DNA of 45,071 nucleotides from Alphaproteobacteria bacterium (GTDB lineage Bacteria; Pseudomonadota; Alphaproteobacteria; SHVZ01): NCBI GenBank assembly GCA_964201945.1, contig CAXNIC010000003.1, positions 1 to 45,071 of the forward strand, read 5' to 3'. Shown piece by piece: positions 1 to 8,368 of this stretch (position 1 is its first letter; each line of letters starts with the position of its first letter). The notes under the pieces were generated by a model. It saw only the letters and a program-made list of their open reading frames with translations, ran no database searches and was not told where the DNA came from. The position numbers and the translations under genes were made by a program.

Positions 1-20
1 AGGGAAAGGTTCATTGTCGT

Positions 21-70
21 CCTCATCAGTAGCCAGCAAGGCGCTGGCAGACCGCCCTCAGGCGGTTTCG
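21..70 (-). ncRNA. Hammerhead-like element 1 (long stem I)
   Basis: CGAAAC CGCC-UGAG-GGCG GUC U-GCCAGC/GCUGGC-UA CUGAUGAG; loop III holds the TGA stop of 58..405; next ATG at 14-12 (gene runs off the window). Confidence 0.7.
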
Positions 71-405
71 CTCGGTGCGGTGTAGCCCTTGGACATCCAG
101 AGTTGCGGCCGGATGTTGCTGAGCCAGTCGGCGACGGTCGGGATGCGACCGCCGCAGTCTTCCTGGACGTGCTGCTCGCCGATATAGCGAACGGGCACGA
201 TCTTGCCGTCCGAGTTGGTGATCGTCGGGCCGAACACGCGCTCGGCCTCGAAGATCCCCTGGCTGTGATGCCGGAGCGCCCGGTGCCGGAAGTCGGCAAA
301 GGTCTCCTTGGTTGCATCGAACCAGTCGTGGATCGGAAGGTAGTCCTCGACCTTGCCCCCCCACTTCTTCACCGAACTAGCGGCGTGGAAATGGGGATGG
401 GTCAC
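58..405 (-). CDS. Conserved hypothetical protein (DUF6915-like)
   Basis: HP..HA.SS.KKWGG..EDY..IH.WFD..K....D.RHRALRHH pattern recalled from this family; ends SETA* inside element 1. Confidence 0.75.
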   Translation of the reverse strand: MTHPHFHAASSVKKWGGKVEDYLPIHDWFDATKETFADFRHRALRHHSQGIFEAERVFGPTITNSDGKIVPVRYIGEQHVQEDCGGRIPTVADWLSNIRPQLWMSKGYTAPSETA

Positions 406-908
406 AGCTCGTGATCCGATCTATCCGACTGGATGTAGAAGTCCCGGTGGACGAGAGCGAGATGATCGGTGGCGATGGTCCAAACGAACTGGCCCTCGCC
501 CCCGTCATTGTTCTCCCAGCCGCCGTGAAGCGCCTCCAGGTGGTCATCGAACAGGCGCTCGACGGCCTCCTGCAGCATTACTTCCTCGGGCGACCGGAGT
601 GGTTTGGCGTTGAAACCGACGTACTCGACCGTCACCTTGATGGCCGAAACGTCGACTGCCTCCGCCTCGCCGAGATCGGCGCGCGCAACGTCATCCGCGC
701 ACCCTTCTTCAACCTCCTCGGCTTCCTTGCGGAAGGCGAAGGCGTCGAATGCGCCGGAGTCGCCGCTGCCGCTGTAGTTGGCGACAACCTGGGCGACGCC
801 GGCCGCAGCTAGCGCGGCGAGGATGACGGCGCGATTCCTCTTCGCTACCTCCATCCGCTTGGCGTCCTCGGCCGTCATCGAACTGCGGATCTCTTCCATG
901 CTTGTCAT
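402..908 (-). CDS. Conserved hypothetical protein (DUF6878-like)
   Basis: YSGSGDSG and GWENNDGGEG motifs; ATG at 908 follows the SD in element 2; 4-nt overlap with 58..405. Confidence 0.7.
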   Translation of the reverse strand: MTSMEEIRSSMTAEDAKRMEVAKRNRAVILAALAAAGVAQVVANYSGSGDSGAFDAFAFRKEAEEVEEGCADDVARADLGEAEAVDVSAIKVTVEYVGFNAKPLRSPEEVMLQEAVERLFDDHLEALHGGWENNDGGEGQFVWTIATDHLALVHRDFYIQSDRSDHEL

Positions 909-917
909 GGATTTCTC

Positions 918-968
918 CCTCATCAGTGCCGGCATGATCGCCGGCGACCGGGTGTCCCCCCGGTTTCG
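918..968 (-). ncRNA. Hammerhead-like element 2 (long stem I)
   Basis: CGAAAC-CGGG/CCCG-GUC-GCCGGC/GCCGGC-A-CUGAUGAG. Confidence 0.7.
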
Positions 969-971
969 TCT

Positions 972-1628
972 TTAGGCGGCGCGGCCGCGGATGCCGTGGC
1001 CGACGAAGACGATGGTCTTCGTGCGGGCCGCCGGCGCCCAGCAGAGCGCGCAGGTGCCGCAGCTCTTGGTCTTGCCCATTTGCTCCGGGCAGACCAGTCC
1101 CTCAGCTGCTCGCCCGTCGTCCGGCACATGCCAGATAACGTGCGCACCTTGGGACTGCGGTCCAGTGGAAAAACGGACCGCGAAGCGACGCCAGCGCGTG
1201 CGGCTGATTTGCCACAGCGCGCCGCCGATCTCCGTGTCCTTGGGCCAGGCGGTGTACCCGTAGCAACGCATCGCCGGGAACCTGGCCAGCCAGGACTCCC
1301 ACAGCCGGACATAGTCCAGGCTGTAGAAGTCGCCGAGCTGGTGCAGGCGCACGACGAAGCCACGGGGGTGCTGGTGCTGCTTCTCTGCGAGGGCGGCCTC
1401 GAGCTGTTTCTCGAAGGCCGGGCCCGGGTGGTGGCGCCTGGCGAACGGCATGCCATTGCCGTAGCAAGTCTCCCAGTTGGCGCACGAGCTCGGGCACGTA
1501 GCCCGCTCCTCGAGCGTCACCAGGTAGATTGGCATGCCGCGCCATTTGCCCTTCCGAACCCAGCCGCCGATCTTGTCGTTGCCGGCCGCGGAGGTGAGCA
1601 GGGGACGCGGATCATTGTGGTCGACCAC
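972..1628 (-). CDS. GP88-like Cys-rich phage protein
   Basis: TCPSSC....CY, VRLHQLGDFYS, YGYT and C-terminal CP....K..SCGTC.LC motifs; frame stays open to ~1740, so the start is uncertain. Confidence 0.7.
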   Translation of the reverse strand: MVDHNDPRPLLTSAAGNDKIGGWVRKGKWRGMPIYLVTLEERATCPSSCANWETCYGNGMPFARRHHPGPAFEKQLEAALAEKQHQHPRGFVVRLHQLGDFYSLDYVRLWESWLARFPAMRCYGYTAWPKDTEIGGALWQISRTRWRRFAVRFSTGPQSQGAHVIWHVPDDGRAAEGLVCPEQMGKTKSCGTCALCWAPAARTKTIVFVGHGIRGRAA

Positions 1629-1740
1629 CGTGGCCGGGAACCGGGTGTTGCCCGATTTAAGCCACGGTGAGTCGGCAGGCGGGCGCCAGACATTCTCCGG
1701 CGCCAGCCGAACAGACGATCGATTTGTGATTGATATGCTC

Positions 1741-1788
1741 CGTCGTCAGTGCCGGGAAGACCCCGGCAGACCGGCGGAGCCGGTTTCG
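1741..1788 (-). ncRNA. Hammerhead-like element 3 (CUGACGA, 7-bp stem I)
   Basis: Stem I UGCCGGG/CCCGGCA; N7=C; position 10.1 is C (variant). Confidence 0.65.
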
Positions 1789-1793
1789 TGTCG

Positions 1794-2117
1794 CTACAGA
1801 GCGGGTTCGGCGTCCTTGACGGTCCACATGGCGCTGATGCAGCCGAGCTCGATGTGAGCCGTGCCTCCGGTTTCCAGCCATCGCATGTGGTTGATGTTCG
1901 AGCCGTCATTGAACCCCGTGGCGCGCTGCCACCGGAAGAGCTCGAGGCTCAGGAAGCTCTGGTACTTGCCGATTCCGGGCGGGTCTTCGTCGTGCGGCCC
2001 GAGATAAGGGACGCCCCCAACGAAGATGTGCCCGTTCACCAGCACGGCAACCAAGTCGCCGTCCTCGACCTTCTGTGCGTTGGCCGCCAGAAAGGCACGA
2101 ACGTCTCTTTCCTGCAT
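1794..2117 (-). CDS. Hypothetical protein
   Basis: 107-aa ORF filling the space between two elements; GAGGAG SD. Confidence 0.75.
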   Translation of the reverse strand: MQERDVRAFLAANAQKVEDGDLVAVLVNGHIFVGGVPYLGPHDEDPPGIGKYQSFLSLELFRWQRATGFNDGSNINHMRWLETGGTAHIELGCISAMWTVKDAEPAL

Positions 2118-2124
2118 GTTGTCT

Positions 2125-2161
2125 CCTCATCAGGTTGTTCGACCGGGTCTCCCCGGTTTCG
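2125..2161 (-). ncRNA. Hammerhead-like element 4 (minimal stem I)
   Basis: CGAAAC CGGG-GAGA-CCCG GUC GAACAAC CUGAUGAG; GNRA loop III. Confidence 0.65.
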
Positions 2162-2166
2162 ACAGT

Positions 2167-2544
2167 TCAGGCCGTGTCGATCTCCTCGGCCGCTTTGGCA
2201 AGCGTCCGACGGAAGGACTGGGCGTGCATGGTGAGCTCGTCCGCCAATCCCAGGTTGGCCTTCTCGTTCTGAGTCTTCGCGAGGCTCCGAGCGGTGGCGG
2301 CGTGGACATCGATCATGGCGACGGCGCGCTCGAGCTGGTCGCGCAGTTCGAGCGCGACAGAGGCGAGCTGCAGGTTTGCCAGGTCCTCATCCTTGGGATT
2401 GGCCAGGGCGAAGATGGGCCGCAGGCCTGCGGAGGCCGGCACCTCGGCGCCGCCTCCATAGACGACGGCGCTCGAGATAGAGCGGTCTGCCCGTCGGTAG
2501 AGACGGGGCGGAGTCCACGGGCCTTTGGTTGGGGGTTGAGACAT
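2167..2544 (-). CDS. Hypothetical protein, T.GPW...AN..L family
   Basis: Starts MSQPPTKGPW after the SD in element 5; contains ANLQLASVALEL. Confidence 0.7.
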   Translation of the reverse strand: MSQPPTKGPWTPPRLYRRADRSISSAVVYGGGAEVPASAGLRPIFALANPKDEDLANLQLASVALELRDQLERAVAMIDVHAATARSLAKTQNEKANLGLADELTMHAQSFRRTLAKAAEEIDTA

Positions 2545-2552
2545 ATCTGTCT

Positions 2553-2602
2553 CCTCGTCAGTCGCCGCTTCATTGCGGCGGGACCGCCTCTCGGCGGTTT
2601 CG
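2553..2602 (-). ncRNA. Hammerhead-like element 5 (CUGACGAG)
   Basis: N7=C; stem I CGCCGC/GCGGCG. Confidence 0.65.
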
Positions 2603-3205
2603 TCAGGCGTGGACCTCGAACGGGCGCGCGCGCCATCGGGAGATGCAGTAGAGCCCGCCGTTGTCGGTGGACCGGAACCGCGTCTTCGTGCCGCGTCGCC
2701 GCTTCTGGCGATCGATCCGGAAGGTCTTGCCCTCGTAGCCGTCGACGAAGCGGATCGAGTCCTTGAACTCGATCTTCGTCCCGTTCTTGAGGTTCTTCGA
2801 CTTCCGGGCGAGCTCGTGGTGAGCGAGGCACCGGGCGCGCCAGGCGGTGGCGGACTCGAACCCGCTCGTGCCGGGTTCGCAGATCTCCTCGATCGGTGAA
2901 AGCAGGTCGAGGATGCGCCTGGGGCACTCGGACTCGTTTGGGCCCATGCACTCGTCCATGTCCTTGTAGCCGAAGTTGTAGCCGTCTCTGGCTTTCGGAT
3001 CATGGCGGATAAGGCAGACGATGCCGACCACGTAGGTCTTGCCCGTCTCCTTCTTGGTGATCCGGACCGCCATGTAGGCGACCCGGAATGTTGCAGAGCA
3101 ATCCAGGATCTCCCACTTCGCATGGTCGGTCTCGGAATTGAACCGCTTCTCGAAGAACGCCCGCACGGACTGGCCGTAGGGGCGCTCGGTGAAAAGCCAT
3201 CCCAT
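2603..3205 (-). CDS. Conserved hypothetical protein (DUF6927-like)
   Basis: MGWLF start and FGYKDMDE.MGP....CP..IL.LL motif; TGA abuts CGAAAC. Confidence 0.75.
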   Translation of the reverse strand: MGWLFTERPYGQSVRAFFEKRFNSETDHAKWEILDCSATFRVAYMAVRITKKETGKTYVVGIVCLIRHDPKARDGYNFGYKDMDECMGPNESECPRRILDLLSPIEEICEPGTSGFESATAWRARCLAHHELARKSKNLKNGTKIEFKDSIRFVDGYEGKTFRIDRQKRRRGTKTRFRSTDNGGLYCISRWRARPFEVHA

Positions 3206-3213
3206 AGGATGCT

Positions 3214-3262
3214 CCTCTTCAGCCGCTGCGGGATTGCAGCGGGACCGGCTAGGCCGGTTTCG
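3214..3262 (-). ncRNA. Hammerhead-like element 6 (CUGAAGAG, perfect 7-bp stem I)
   Basis: Stem I CCGCUGC/GCAGCGG; N7=A; TAG stop in loop III. Confidence 0.72.
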
Positions 3263-3602
3263 GGTGCGCGATCGTCCTGCGTAGAGCCCGGGCGCGATCG
3301 ACTGCCTCCCAGACCGCGGAGTCCTTTGGCGCCTCCGACAGTTCGCCGAACTTCTCGGCGTACTCGATCAGGGCGTCCATGGCCTCCAGCAGGGAGGGAG
3401 CAGACTTGATCAGGCGCGCGTGGTGCTGGTGCTTGAAGCGGAAGCCCATCGAGTCGATCCAGGCGATGACCGCCCCCGATCCGTCGGCGACGATGATCGG
3501 GTAGGCATGGGCCGCGAGCTCGACCGGGAACCCGCCTTTCATGGCGGGCGGCCCGATCTTCCACGGCTTGGTCACAAATTCGGAAGCCTGCTGTTTAGGC
3601 AT
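3249..3602 (-). CDS. Hypothetical protein, T.GPW...ARLI..AP.LL family
   Basis: TKPW and HARLIKSAPSLLEA; ends PKPA* in element 6. Confidence 0.75.
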   Translation of the reverse strand: MPKQQASEFVTKPWKIGPPAMKGGFPVELAAHAYPIIVADGSGAVIAWIDSMGFRFKHQHHARLIKSAPSLLEAMDALIEYAEKFGELSEAPKDSAVWEAVDRARALRRTIAHPKPA

Positions 3603-3609
3603 GCTGTCT

Positions 3610-3647
3610 CCTCATCAGGTTGTTGACGACCGGCTATGCCGGTTTCG
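3610..3647 (-). ncRNA. Hammerhead-like element 7
   Basis: CGAAAC CGGC-AUA-GCCG GUC GUCAACAAC CUGAUGAG. Confidence 0.65.
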
Positions 3648-3933
3648 GTGCCTCGTATCCAGCGCTGAGAGCGAACTGGTAGAGATCGCGCTCGAGGGAT
3701 TCGAGGTCGTCGGAAATGCGCTCCGTGTTCTCGAGCATGAGATACCAGCGTCCCTCGCTCCGGGCTCGGTCCGGCCACCATTCCCGGACCTCCTCGATGT
3801 AGAGGCTGCCGAGATAGAGGTAGCCCTTGCCGGGCGCGGGGTCGTCGTCCCAGCGCGCATCGCTGATGGCGGCGCCGAGGTCGGTGCATTCCGTCCGCGA
3901 GGCCTGGAAGGCCTCGAATGTCAGTTGAGGCAT
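3634..3933 (-). CDS. Hypothetical protein
   Basis: 99 aa; SD in element 8; ends PKPA*. Confidence 0.75.
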   Translation of the reverse strand: MPQLTFEAFQASRTECTDLGAAISDARWDDDPAPGKGYLYLGSLYIEEVREWWPDRARSEGRWYLMLENTERISDDLESLERDLYQFALSAGYEAPKPA

Positions 3934-3940
3934 GCGGCCT

Positions 3941-3977
3941 CCTCATCAGTTGTGAAGACCCGCCGAAGCGGGTTTCG
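3941..3977 (-). ncRNA. Hammerhead-like element 8
   Basis: Stem III CCGC-UUCG-GCGG; stem I UU-CAC-AA. Confidence 0.65.
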
Positions 3978-4139
3978 TCAGGTGGTCCAGAGCAGCGCGT
4001 TGACGCCGCCGTATACGATGGCGCACACGGTCAGACCCTCGACCCTGCTCATCGGGCCGCCTTTGTAGAGGCGATGGATCGAGAACAGAGTGACGCCCAC
4101 CAGGGCGCCAACGCAGACCACGTGGAGCGCGGTGATCAT
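3978..4139 (-). CDS. Small membrane protein (53 aa)
   Basis: MITALHVVCVGALVGVTLF..., two hydrophobic segments; ATGA overlap with the upstream gene; GGAGG SD. Confidence 0.65.
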   Translation of the reverse strand: MITALHVVCVGALVGVTLFSIHRLYKGGPMSRVEGLTVCAIVYGGVNALLWTT

Positions 4140-4687
4140 GCTGCCTCCTTGGGCTTCACCAGGTGCTTGAGACCGCCGGCGATGTGGTGGGCCTCGTTGT
4201 CGGAGTGCCCGGCGTCGATCGCCTTCTTGTAGGTGCGCTGGTGGCCGATCCAGGTCCGGAGCTCGGCAGCCAGGCGGCCGCCGTAGGTCACCGGGTGAGC
4301 GTGGGGGAAGACTTCCGCGATATACGCGTCGTCGTCCGGCTCGTCGGTGCTCCAGGCGGCCTGGGCGAGGCTGATGGTCACGCGGCCGAGCGCCTCGAGG
4401 CGATCGACGTCGTGACGCATGGACCCGCCGCTGCCGCCGCATACGTTCCCGGCCTTCATGGGGTGCGTCGGAGTCTGGATGTAGGTGTAGTGCCAGGATC
4501 CCCTGCAGGGATAGAGCAGGGCGATCCAGGCGCGCACGATGACGATGACCGAGCCCTGGGCGTCGGCCTGGACGATATTGTAGATCGTCTTGCCGGCATT
4601 CTCCTTGGCCTCGGTGATGGTGGTGCCCTGGGCCGTGACGCCGAAGAGATAGGTCTCCTTCAGCTTGGGCCCGCGCGTCTTGCGCAT
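4136..4687 (-). CDS. Hypothetical protein
   Basis: Start MRKTRG after the SD in element 9. Confidence 0.75.
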   Translation of the reverse strand: MRKTRGPKLKETYLFGVTAQGTTITEAKENAGKTIYNIVQADAQGSVIVIVRAWIALLYPCRGSWHYTYIQTPTHPMKAGNVCGGSGGSMRHDVDRLEALGRVTISLAQAAWSTDEPDDDAYIAEVFPHAHPVTYGGRLAAELRTWIGHQRTYKKAIDAGHSDNEAHHIAGGLKHLVKPKEAA

Positions 4688-4696
4688 GGGGTGTCT

Positions 4697-4745
4697 CCTC
4701 ATCAGAGCCGGCGATGATGCCGGCGACCGGCCGGAGCCGGTTTCG
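4697..4745 (-). ncRNA. Hammerhead-like element 9 (long stem I)
   Basis: Stem I GCCGGC/GCCGGC. Confidence 0.68.
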
Positions 4746-4746
4746 A

Positions 4747-5454
4747 TCAGGCCGCCTTGTCGGCGACATCCTTCGGCGGCTTCTTGGGAAGCCACCGCGG
4801 GAGTGCCTCATCGAGTGTATAGACGCTCTTCGCCGGCATCAGGACCCCGACGAAGTCGGGACGGCCGGAGACGCGGATGATCATCGCCCGCTGGTGAGCG
4901 AGCAGGTCATCGTTGTTGGCGTCGTTGAACAGGACGGTGTGGACCGTCTTCTCGTTCGACATCTTGGCGAAGTCGGCGAGAAGCAGCGGGTTGATGCAGA
5001 TCGGCCCCGAGATCGCCACCGCCACCTTCGTCGGCAGGACGTTCCCCAGGTTGGGGAAGACGCCGTCGACGATCAGGGCGTTGGCCACCGAGGCGATCTC
5101 GCGCGATTTCTCAGGCACGAGGGCCTCGGTCGACTCGTTGGCGACCACGATGGACAGGCGCTGCGCTTCCGGATCGATCACGGCCCAGTGCAGGGACTTG
5201 ATCTTCTCGCGGCGCTTGAGCGTGGCGATGACGTTCTTGTCACCGGACACGATCAGCGGGGCGCCGCTGTCCGGGGCGATGCCCGTGTCCATCTTCAGGA
5301 GGCCGGCCCGGCTGCCATCGCTGGCTTCCAGGAACACCCCCTTGGTAGCCGGCCGCAGGTTGACTCCGCCAAGGTAGTAGCGGGTCTCGTCGCGGCTGGA
5401 AAAAGTGAACATGCGCAAGAGGTCGTCCGCGAAGACGACGTACTTGGTGTTCAT
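4747..5454 (-). CDS. DNA polymerase III beta-clamp-like domain protein (partial clamp)
   Basis: ETRYYLGGV, ASDGSR and VDGVFPNLGNVLP resemble DnaN motifs (RYYLNGV / ATDGHR / DG.FP....V.P); only 235 aa. Confidence 0.6.
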   Translation of the reverse strand: MNTKYVVFADDLLRMFTFSSRDETRYYLGGVNLRPATKGVFLEASDGSRAGLLKMDTGIAPDSGAPLIVSGDKNVIATLKRREKIKSLHWAVIDPEAQRLSIVVANESTEALVPEKSREIASVANALIVDGVFPNLGNVLPTKVAVAISGPICINPLLLADFAKMSNEKTVHTVLFNDANNDDLLAHQRAMIIRVSGRPDFVGVLMPAKSVYTLDEALPRWLPKKPPKDVADKAA

Positions 5455-5463
5455 TCGATGTCT

Positions 5464-5511
5464 CCTCATCAGGTCTGGCAGAATTGCCAGCGACCGCCAG
5501 GGGCGGTTTCG
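5464..5511 (-). ncRNA. Hammerhead-like element 10 (long stem I)
   Basis: Stem I CUGGCA/UGCCAG. Confidence 0.68.
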
Positions 5512-5514
5512 GGA

Positions 5515-6252
5515 TCAGTCCTTGATCAGCAGGGTGACGGTCACCGTGTTGACGGACGTGCCGGAGAGCTTGAACGAGCCCTCGGGGTTGTCCTCCACCC
5601 GGCCGTACTCGTCGAGCAGCTCACGAAACTTGGTGGTGAGCATGTCCTGACGATACTTGACGCCCGCGGCCATGATCGCGATCAGGGAGCCGCCCGGCGC
5701 CACGAACTCGGCGGCGTGGAGCACGTGCTTCACGTCGGCGCGCTTCGTGAACGGGGGGTTCATGATCACGCGGTCGTAGATCGGCTTGGGCGTCATGGCG
5801 AGAAAGTCGCCGGTGACGACCGACCGGAAGCAGCCGAGGGCCCGGAGGCCGTCAGCATGCTTCTCCTGGAGCTCGACGCAATCGATGGCGATCCCGTCAG
5901 GGATGCACAGCGCGATCGCGCCTTGCCCAGCAGACGGCTCCAGCACTTGCATGCCGGGCCGCAGGTCGGCGATCTCGATCAGGCGCGCGACCAGGGCCGG
6001 GGGCGTCGGGAAATACCCGAAGTCCTGCGGCCTGATCACGATGCCGGTATTGAGGATGGCGTCGATCGCGTCGGCCGCCTCGGTATCGAAGAGGTGGCCT
6101 CCGGCCTTCCGGTCCCACTTGCCGCCCGCCGCCACCAGGACTTGGTTGACGTCCTGGTAGAGCTTGCGGTCGAGCTGGTGGGGAAGGACGAGCTTGCTGC
6201 CGTCGACGAACGACTTGGCGAGCACGCTCATAACGGCGGAATCGACTTGCAT
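5515..6252 (-). CDS. N6-adenine DNA methyltransferase
   Basis: YFPTP, motif I VLEPSAGQG, motif IV MNPPF. Confidence 0.85.
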   Translation of the reverse strand: MQVDSAVMSVLAKSFVDGSKLVLPHQLDRKLYQDVNQVLVAAGGKWDRKAGGHLFDTEAADAIDAILNTGIVIRPQDFGYFPTPPALVARLIEIADLRPGMQVLEPSAGQGAIALCIPDGIAIDCVELQEKHADGLRALGCFRSVVTGDFLAMTPKPIYDRVIMNPPFTKRADVKHVLHAAEFVAPGGSLIAIMAAGVKYRQDMLTTKFRELLDEYGRVEDNPEGSFKLSGTSVNTVTVTLLIKD

Positions 6253-6264
6253 GGTTGGTCTCAT

Positions 6265-6312
6265 TCTCCTCAGCGCAGGGAAGGCCCCTGCAGACCGCAC
6301 TCGGCGGTTTCG
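6265..6312 (-). ncRNA. Hammerhead-like element 11 (CUGAGGAG)
   Basis: N7=G; stem I UGCAGGG/CCCUGCG. Confidence 0.68.
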
Positions 6313-6313
6313 A

Positions 6314-6625
6314 TCACGCCGGAATGCCCGGGCGCAAGAGCACCATCGACCCGTCGGCCTTGACCGACACGCGCGGCTTCTTGGTGCGCGCGCGGATGGC
6401 CTCGATGTATTCGACGACCTCTCGGGGGACGCCGCACTTCACGGCGAACCATGCGTCCGGCAGAGCCGCAAGAGCCTGGTCGATCGCATCGACCATGTCC
6501 TCGAACAGCTTCTTGCCGGCCAGGCGGATCGCCTCTCGGCGCGCCGCCTCTTGCAGGTCGCGCGTGATGTGGTTGTGAATTGCCCGCTGGTATCTCCAGC
6601 CGCGGCGCTTGCTGCCTTTGCTCAC
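6314..6625 (-). CDS. Hypothetical basic protein
   Basis: GTG start after the SD in element 12. Confidence 0.7.
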   Translation of the reverse strand: MSKGSKRRGWRYQRAIHNHITRDLQEAARREAIRLAGKKLFEDMVDAIDQALAALPDAWFAVKCGVPREVVEYIEAIRARTKKPRVSVKADGSMVLLRPGIPA

Positions 6626-6633
6626 AGGCTGCT

Positions 6634-6672
6634 CCTCATCAGGTTGTTGACGACCGGCATCAGCCGGTTTCG
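6634..6672 (-). ncRNA. Hammerhead-like element 12
   Basis: Same consensus; TGA of 6660..7238 (ETG*) in loop III. Confidence 0.65.
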
Positions 6673-7238
6673 GTCCCGTCGACGTACTCGACGATCTTCC
6701 GGCCGCTCTCTCTGAGCGCGATGAAGGCGTCGGTCTTCAGGAACTCCAGGTTGGGGTCCTGGTCGAACAGGTCGAGGATCTCGCGCACGAGCTGGGCGGA
6801 GGTCTCGGCCTTGTCGCGCGCGCGGGTCTCCGCGGTGTCGACGTAGACCAAGCCTTCGCACTCCGGGCACCGGCCAGCAGGGCTGGGGTCTCCCGGGGTG
6901 AGCGTACAGTCATAGATCGGCTTGAGCTTCGAGAACGGCATGCTGTCGCAGCCGCAGCCGCGACAGGGCGTCTCGGGTTCCACGAAGTCGATCTCGGCGC
7001 TGTACGTGTTGCCCTCGTAGGGCTCGCGCACTTCCTCGTCGTCGTCCGAATAGCAGTAGTCCCCACAGCTGGGGCACTCGCCACCCGGCATCTGGCTGCC
7101 GACGGGGAGCTGCGCGGGATCCTCGACCGCTTTCAGCTCTTCTTTGTTGAAGGTCTGGCCGCAGCTCACGCACTTGAAACGCGGTCGCGTCTCCTCGTGC
7201 GCCAGTTCGGCGGCGTTCTCCTCTCGTGTTTGGTTCAT
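6660..7238 (-). CDS. Double zinc-ribbon protein
   Basis: Two repeats of CxxC...P.G.CPxC. Confidence 0.75.
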   Translation of the reverse strand: MNQTREENAAELAHEETRPRFKCVSCGQTFNKEELKAVEDPAQLPVGSQMPGGECPSCGDYCYSDDDEEVREPYEGNTYSAEIDFVEPETPCRGCGCDSMPFSKLKPIYDCTLTPGDPSPAGRCPECEGLVYVDTAETRARDKAETSAQLVREILDLFDQDPNLEFLKTDAFIALRESGRKIVEYVDGTETG

Positions 7239-7245
7239 GGTTTTT

Positions 7246-7282
7246 CCTCATCAGGTGTAACCGACCGGCAGCGCCGGTTTCG
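7246..7282 (-). ncRNA. Hammerhead-like element 13
   Basis: CGAAAC CGG..CCG GUC GGUUACAC CUGAUGAG. Confidence 0.62.
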
Positions 7283-7510
7283 TCAGTCGTTCAGGAACGT
7301 CTTCTTGATGCTGTGCTTCTCTTCGGCACGCTCGAAATAGTCGAGGACGACGTCGTCGGTGATCTCGTCGGGGCACGGCTCATCGAGCTCCGCCGTGAAG
7401 CTCTTCTTCACGTACTCCTTGAGCGCCTTATCGGCCCCTTCGCGGGACCGATACGCCGAGACGAAGTCATCCCAGTTGTCGCGAGTGATCGTCAGGATGT
7501 GAATATCCAT
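7283..7510 (-). CDS. Hypothetical protein
   Basis: 75 aa between elements 13 and 14. Confidence 0.7.
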   Translation of the reverse strand: MDIHILTITRDNWDDFVSAYRSREGADKALKEYVKKSFTAELDEPCPDEITDDVVLDYFERAEEKHSIKKTFLND

Positions 7511-7515
7511 CGGGT

Positions 7516-7551
7516 TCTCATCAGGTTGAACGACCGCCTTAGGCGGTTTCG
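7516..7551 (-). ncRNA. Hammerhead-like element 14
   Basis: Stem III CGCC-UAA-GGCG, whose loop is the stop codon of the PAPS reductase gene. Confidence 0.65.
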
Positions 7552-8300
7552 GCGTCGACGCGGATGCCGGTGATGTCCTCGAGCGTGCGTCGGCCTTTGG
7601 CCTTGCTCGGCATCATCATGACCTGGCCCGTCTTCCGCTCGAGCCCGACATAGGTTCGGTAGAGCGGTGGATTGAGCCCGGCGGCGATCGTGTGATCCTC
7701 GTCGGAGGCGTAGATGCAGAAGCAGCATGAGAACCGCCGCATCCCGGTCTTGTAGATGCGGTGGGCCTCCTGGCCGGCGTCGGCGATGATCTGGAAGACC
7801 TCCTCCACCAGCAGGTGGTGGATGGGCAGCCAGTCGTACCATTCGCGGCCGGCCTTGCTGTTCCTGGTGCTGAAGGCGAAGGGATTGACCTTCGCCCGGC
7901 TCGAGCTCTCCTGGGCGCGGAGCCCCATGCAGTTGACGATCAGCTTGCGGCCGGTCTGGCGGATAGTCCGCTCGATCGGCCCGCGCTTCAGGTCGGACGT
8001 GCATTGGCGCTGCTGGGGAGACGGGAACATGCCCCTCTCCTCGACCATCTGCAGCAGCGTGCGCCTGGCCTTGCACACCAGGATGGGAAGTCCCAGCGTG
8101 GTGGCCTTGATGTGCTCGAGAGCGTCGGCCCATACGACCTCACCGAGGTCGGCATAGACGACGATGATCTGGGCGTCAGGGACGTATCGGCGGATGTAGT
8201 GGAACATCGCCTGGCTGTCCTTGCCGCCAGAGTGGTTGACGACGAAGAGAGCCCCTCGCTTGACCAGCTCGGGGATCTCCGCCGGAATTGGATCTGTCAA
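7539..8300 (-). CDS. Phosphoadenosine phosphosulfate (PAPS) reductase family protein
   Basis: PP-loop SGGKDS, RQCTSDLK, GLRAQESSSR, RFSCCFC; probable TTG start at 8300 after the SD. Confidence 0.85.
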   Translation of the reverse strand: MTDPIPAEIPELVKRGALFVVNHSGGKDSQAMFHYIRRYVPDAQIIVVYADLGEVVWADALEHIKATTLGLPILVCKARRTLLQMVEERGMFPSPQQRQCTSDLKRGPIERTIRQTGRKLIVNCMGLRAQESSSRAKVNPFAFSTRNSKAGREWYDWLPIHHLLVEEVFQIIADAGQEAHRIYKTGMRRFSCCFCIYASDEDHTIAAGLNPPLYRTYVGLERKTGQVMMMPSKAKGRRTLEDITGIRVDAETA

Positions 8301-8309
8301 AGCAGACCT

Positions 8310-8344
8310 CCTCATCAGTTTCAGACCGGGTTTCCCCGGTTTCG
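8310..8344 (-). ncRNA. Hammerhead-like element 15
   Basis: Stem III CGGG-GAAA-CCCG (GNRA); stem I U-GAA-A. Confidence 0.65.
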
Positions 8345-8368
8345 AGACGGCGCCGAAGCGCCGCCGTG

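Noticed and set aside
2167-3564. 465-aa ORF and other track ORFs starting MRR.. inside the elements
   Set aside because: They read through the elements or start at the ATG within CTGATGAG; the real starts follow the GAGGAG SD a few nt downstream.
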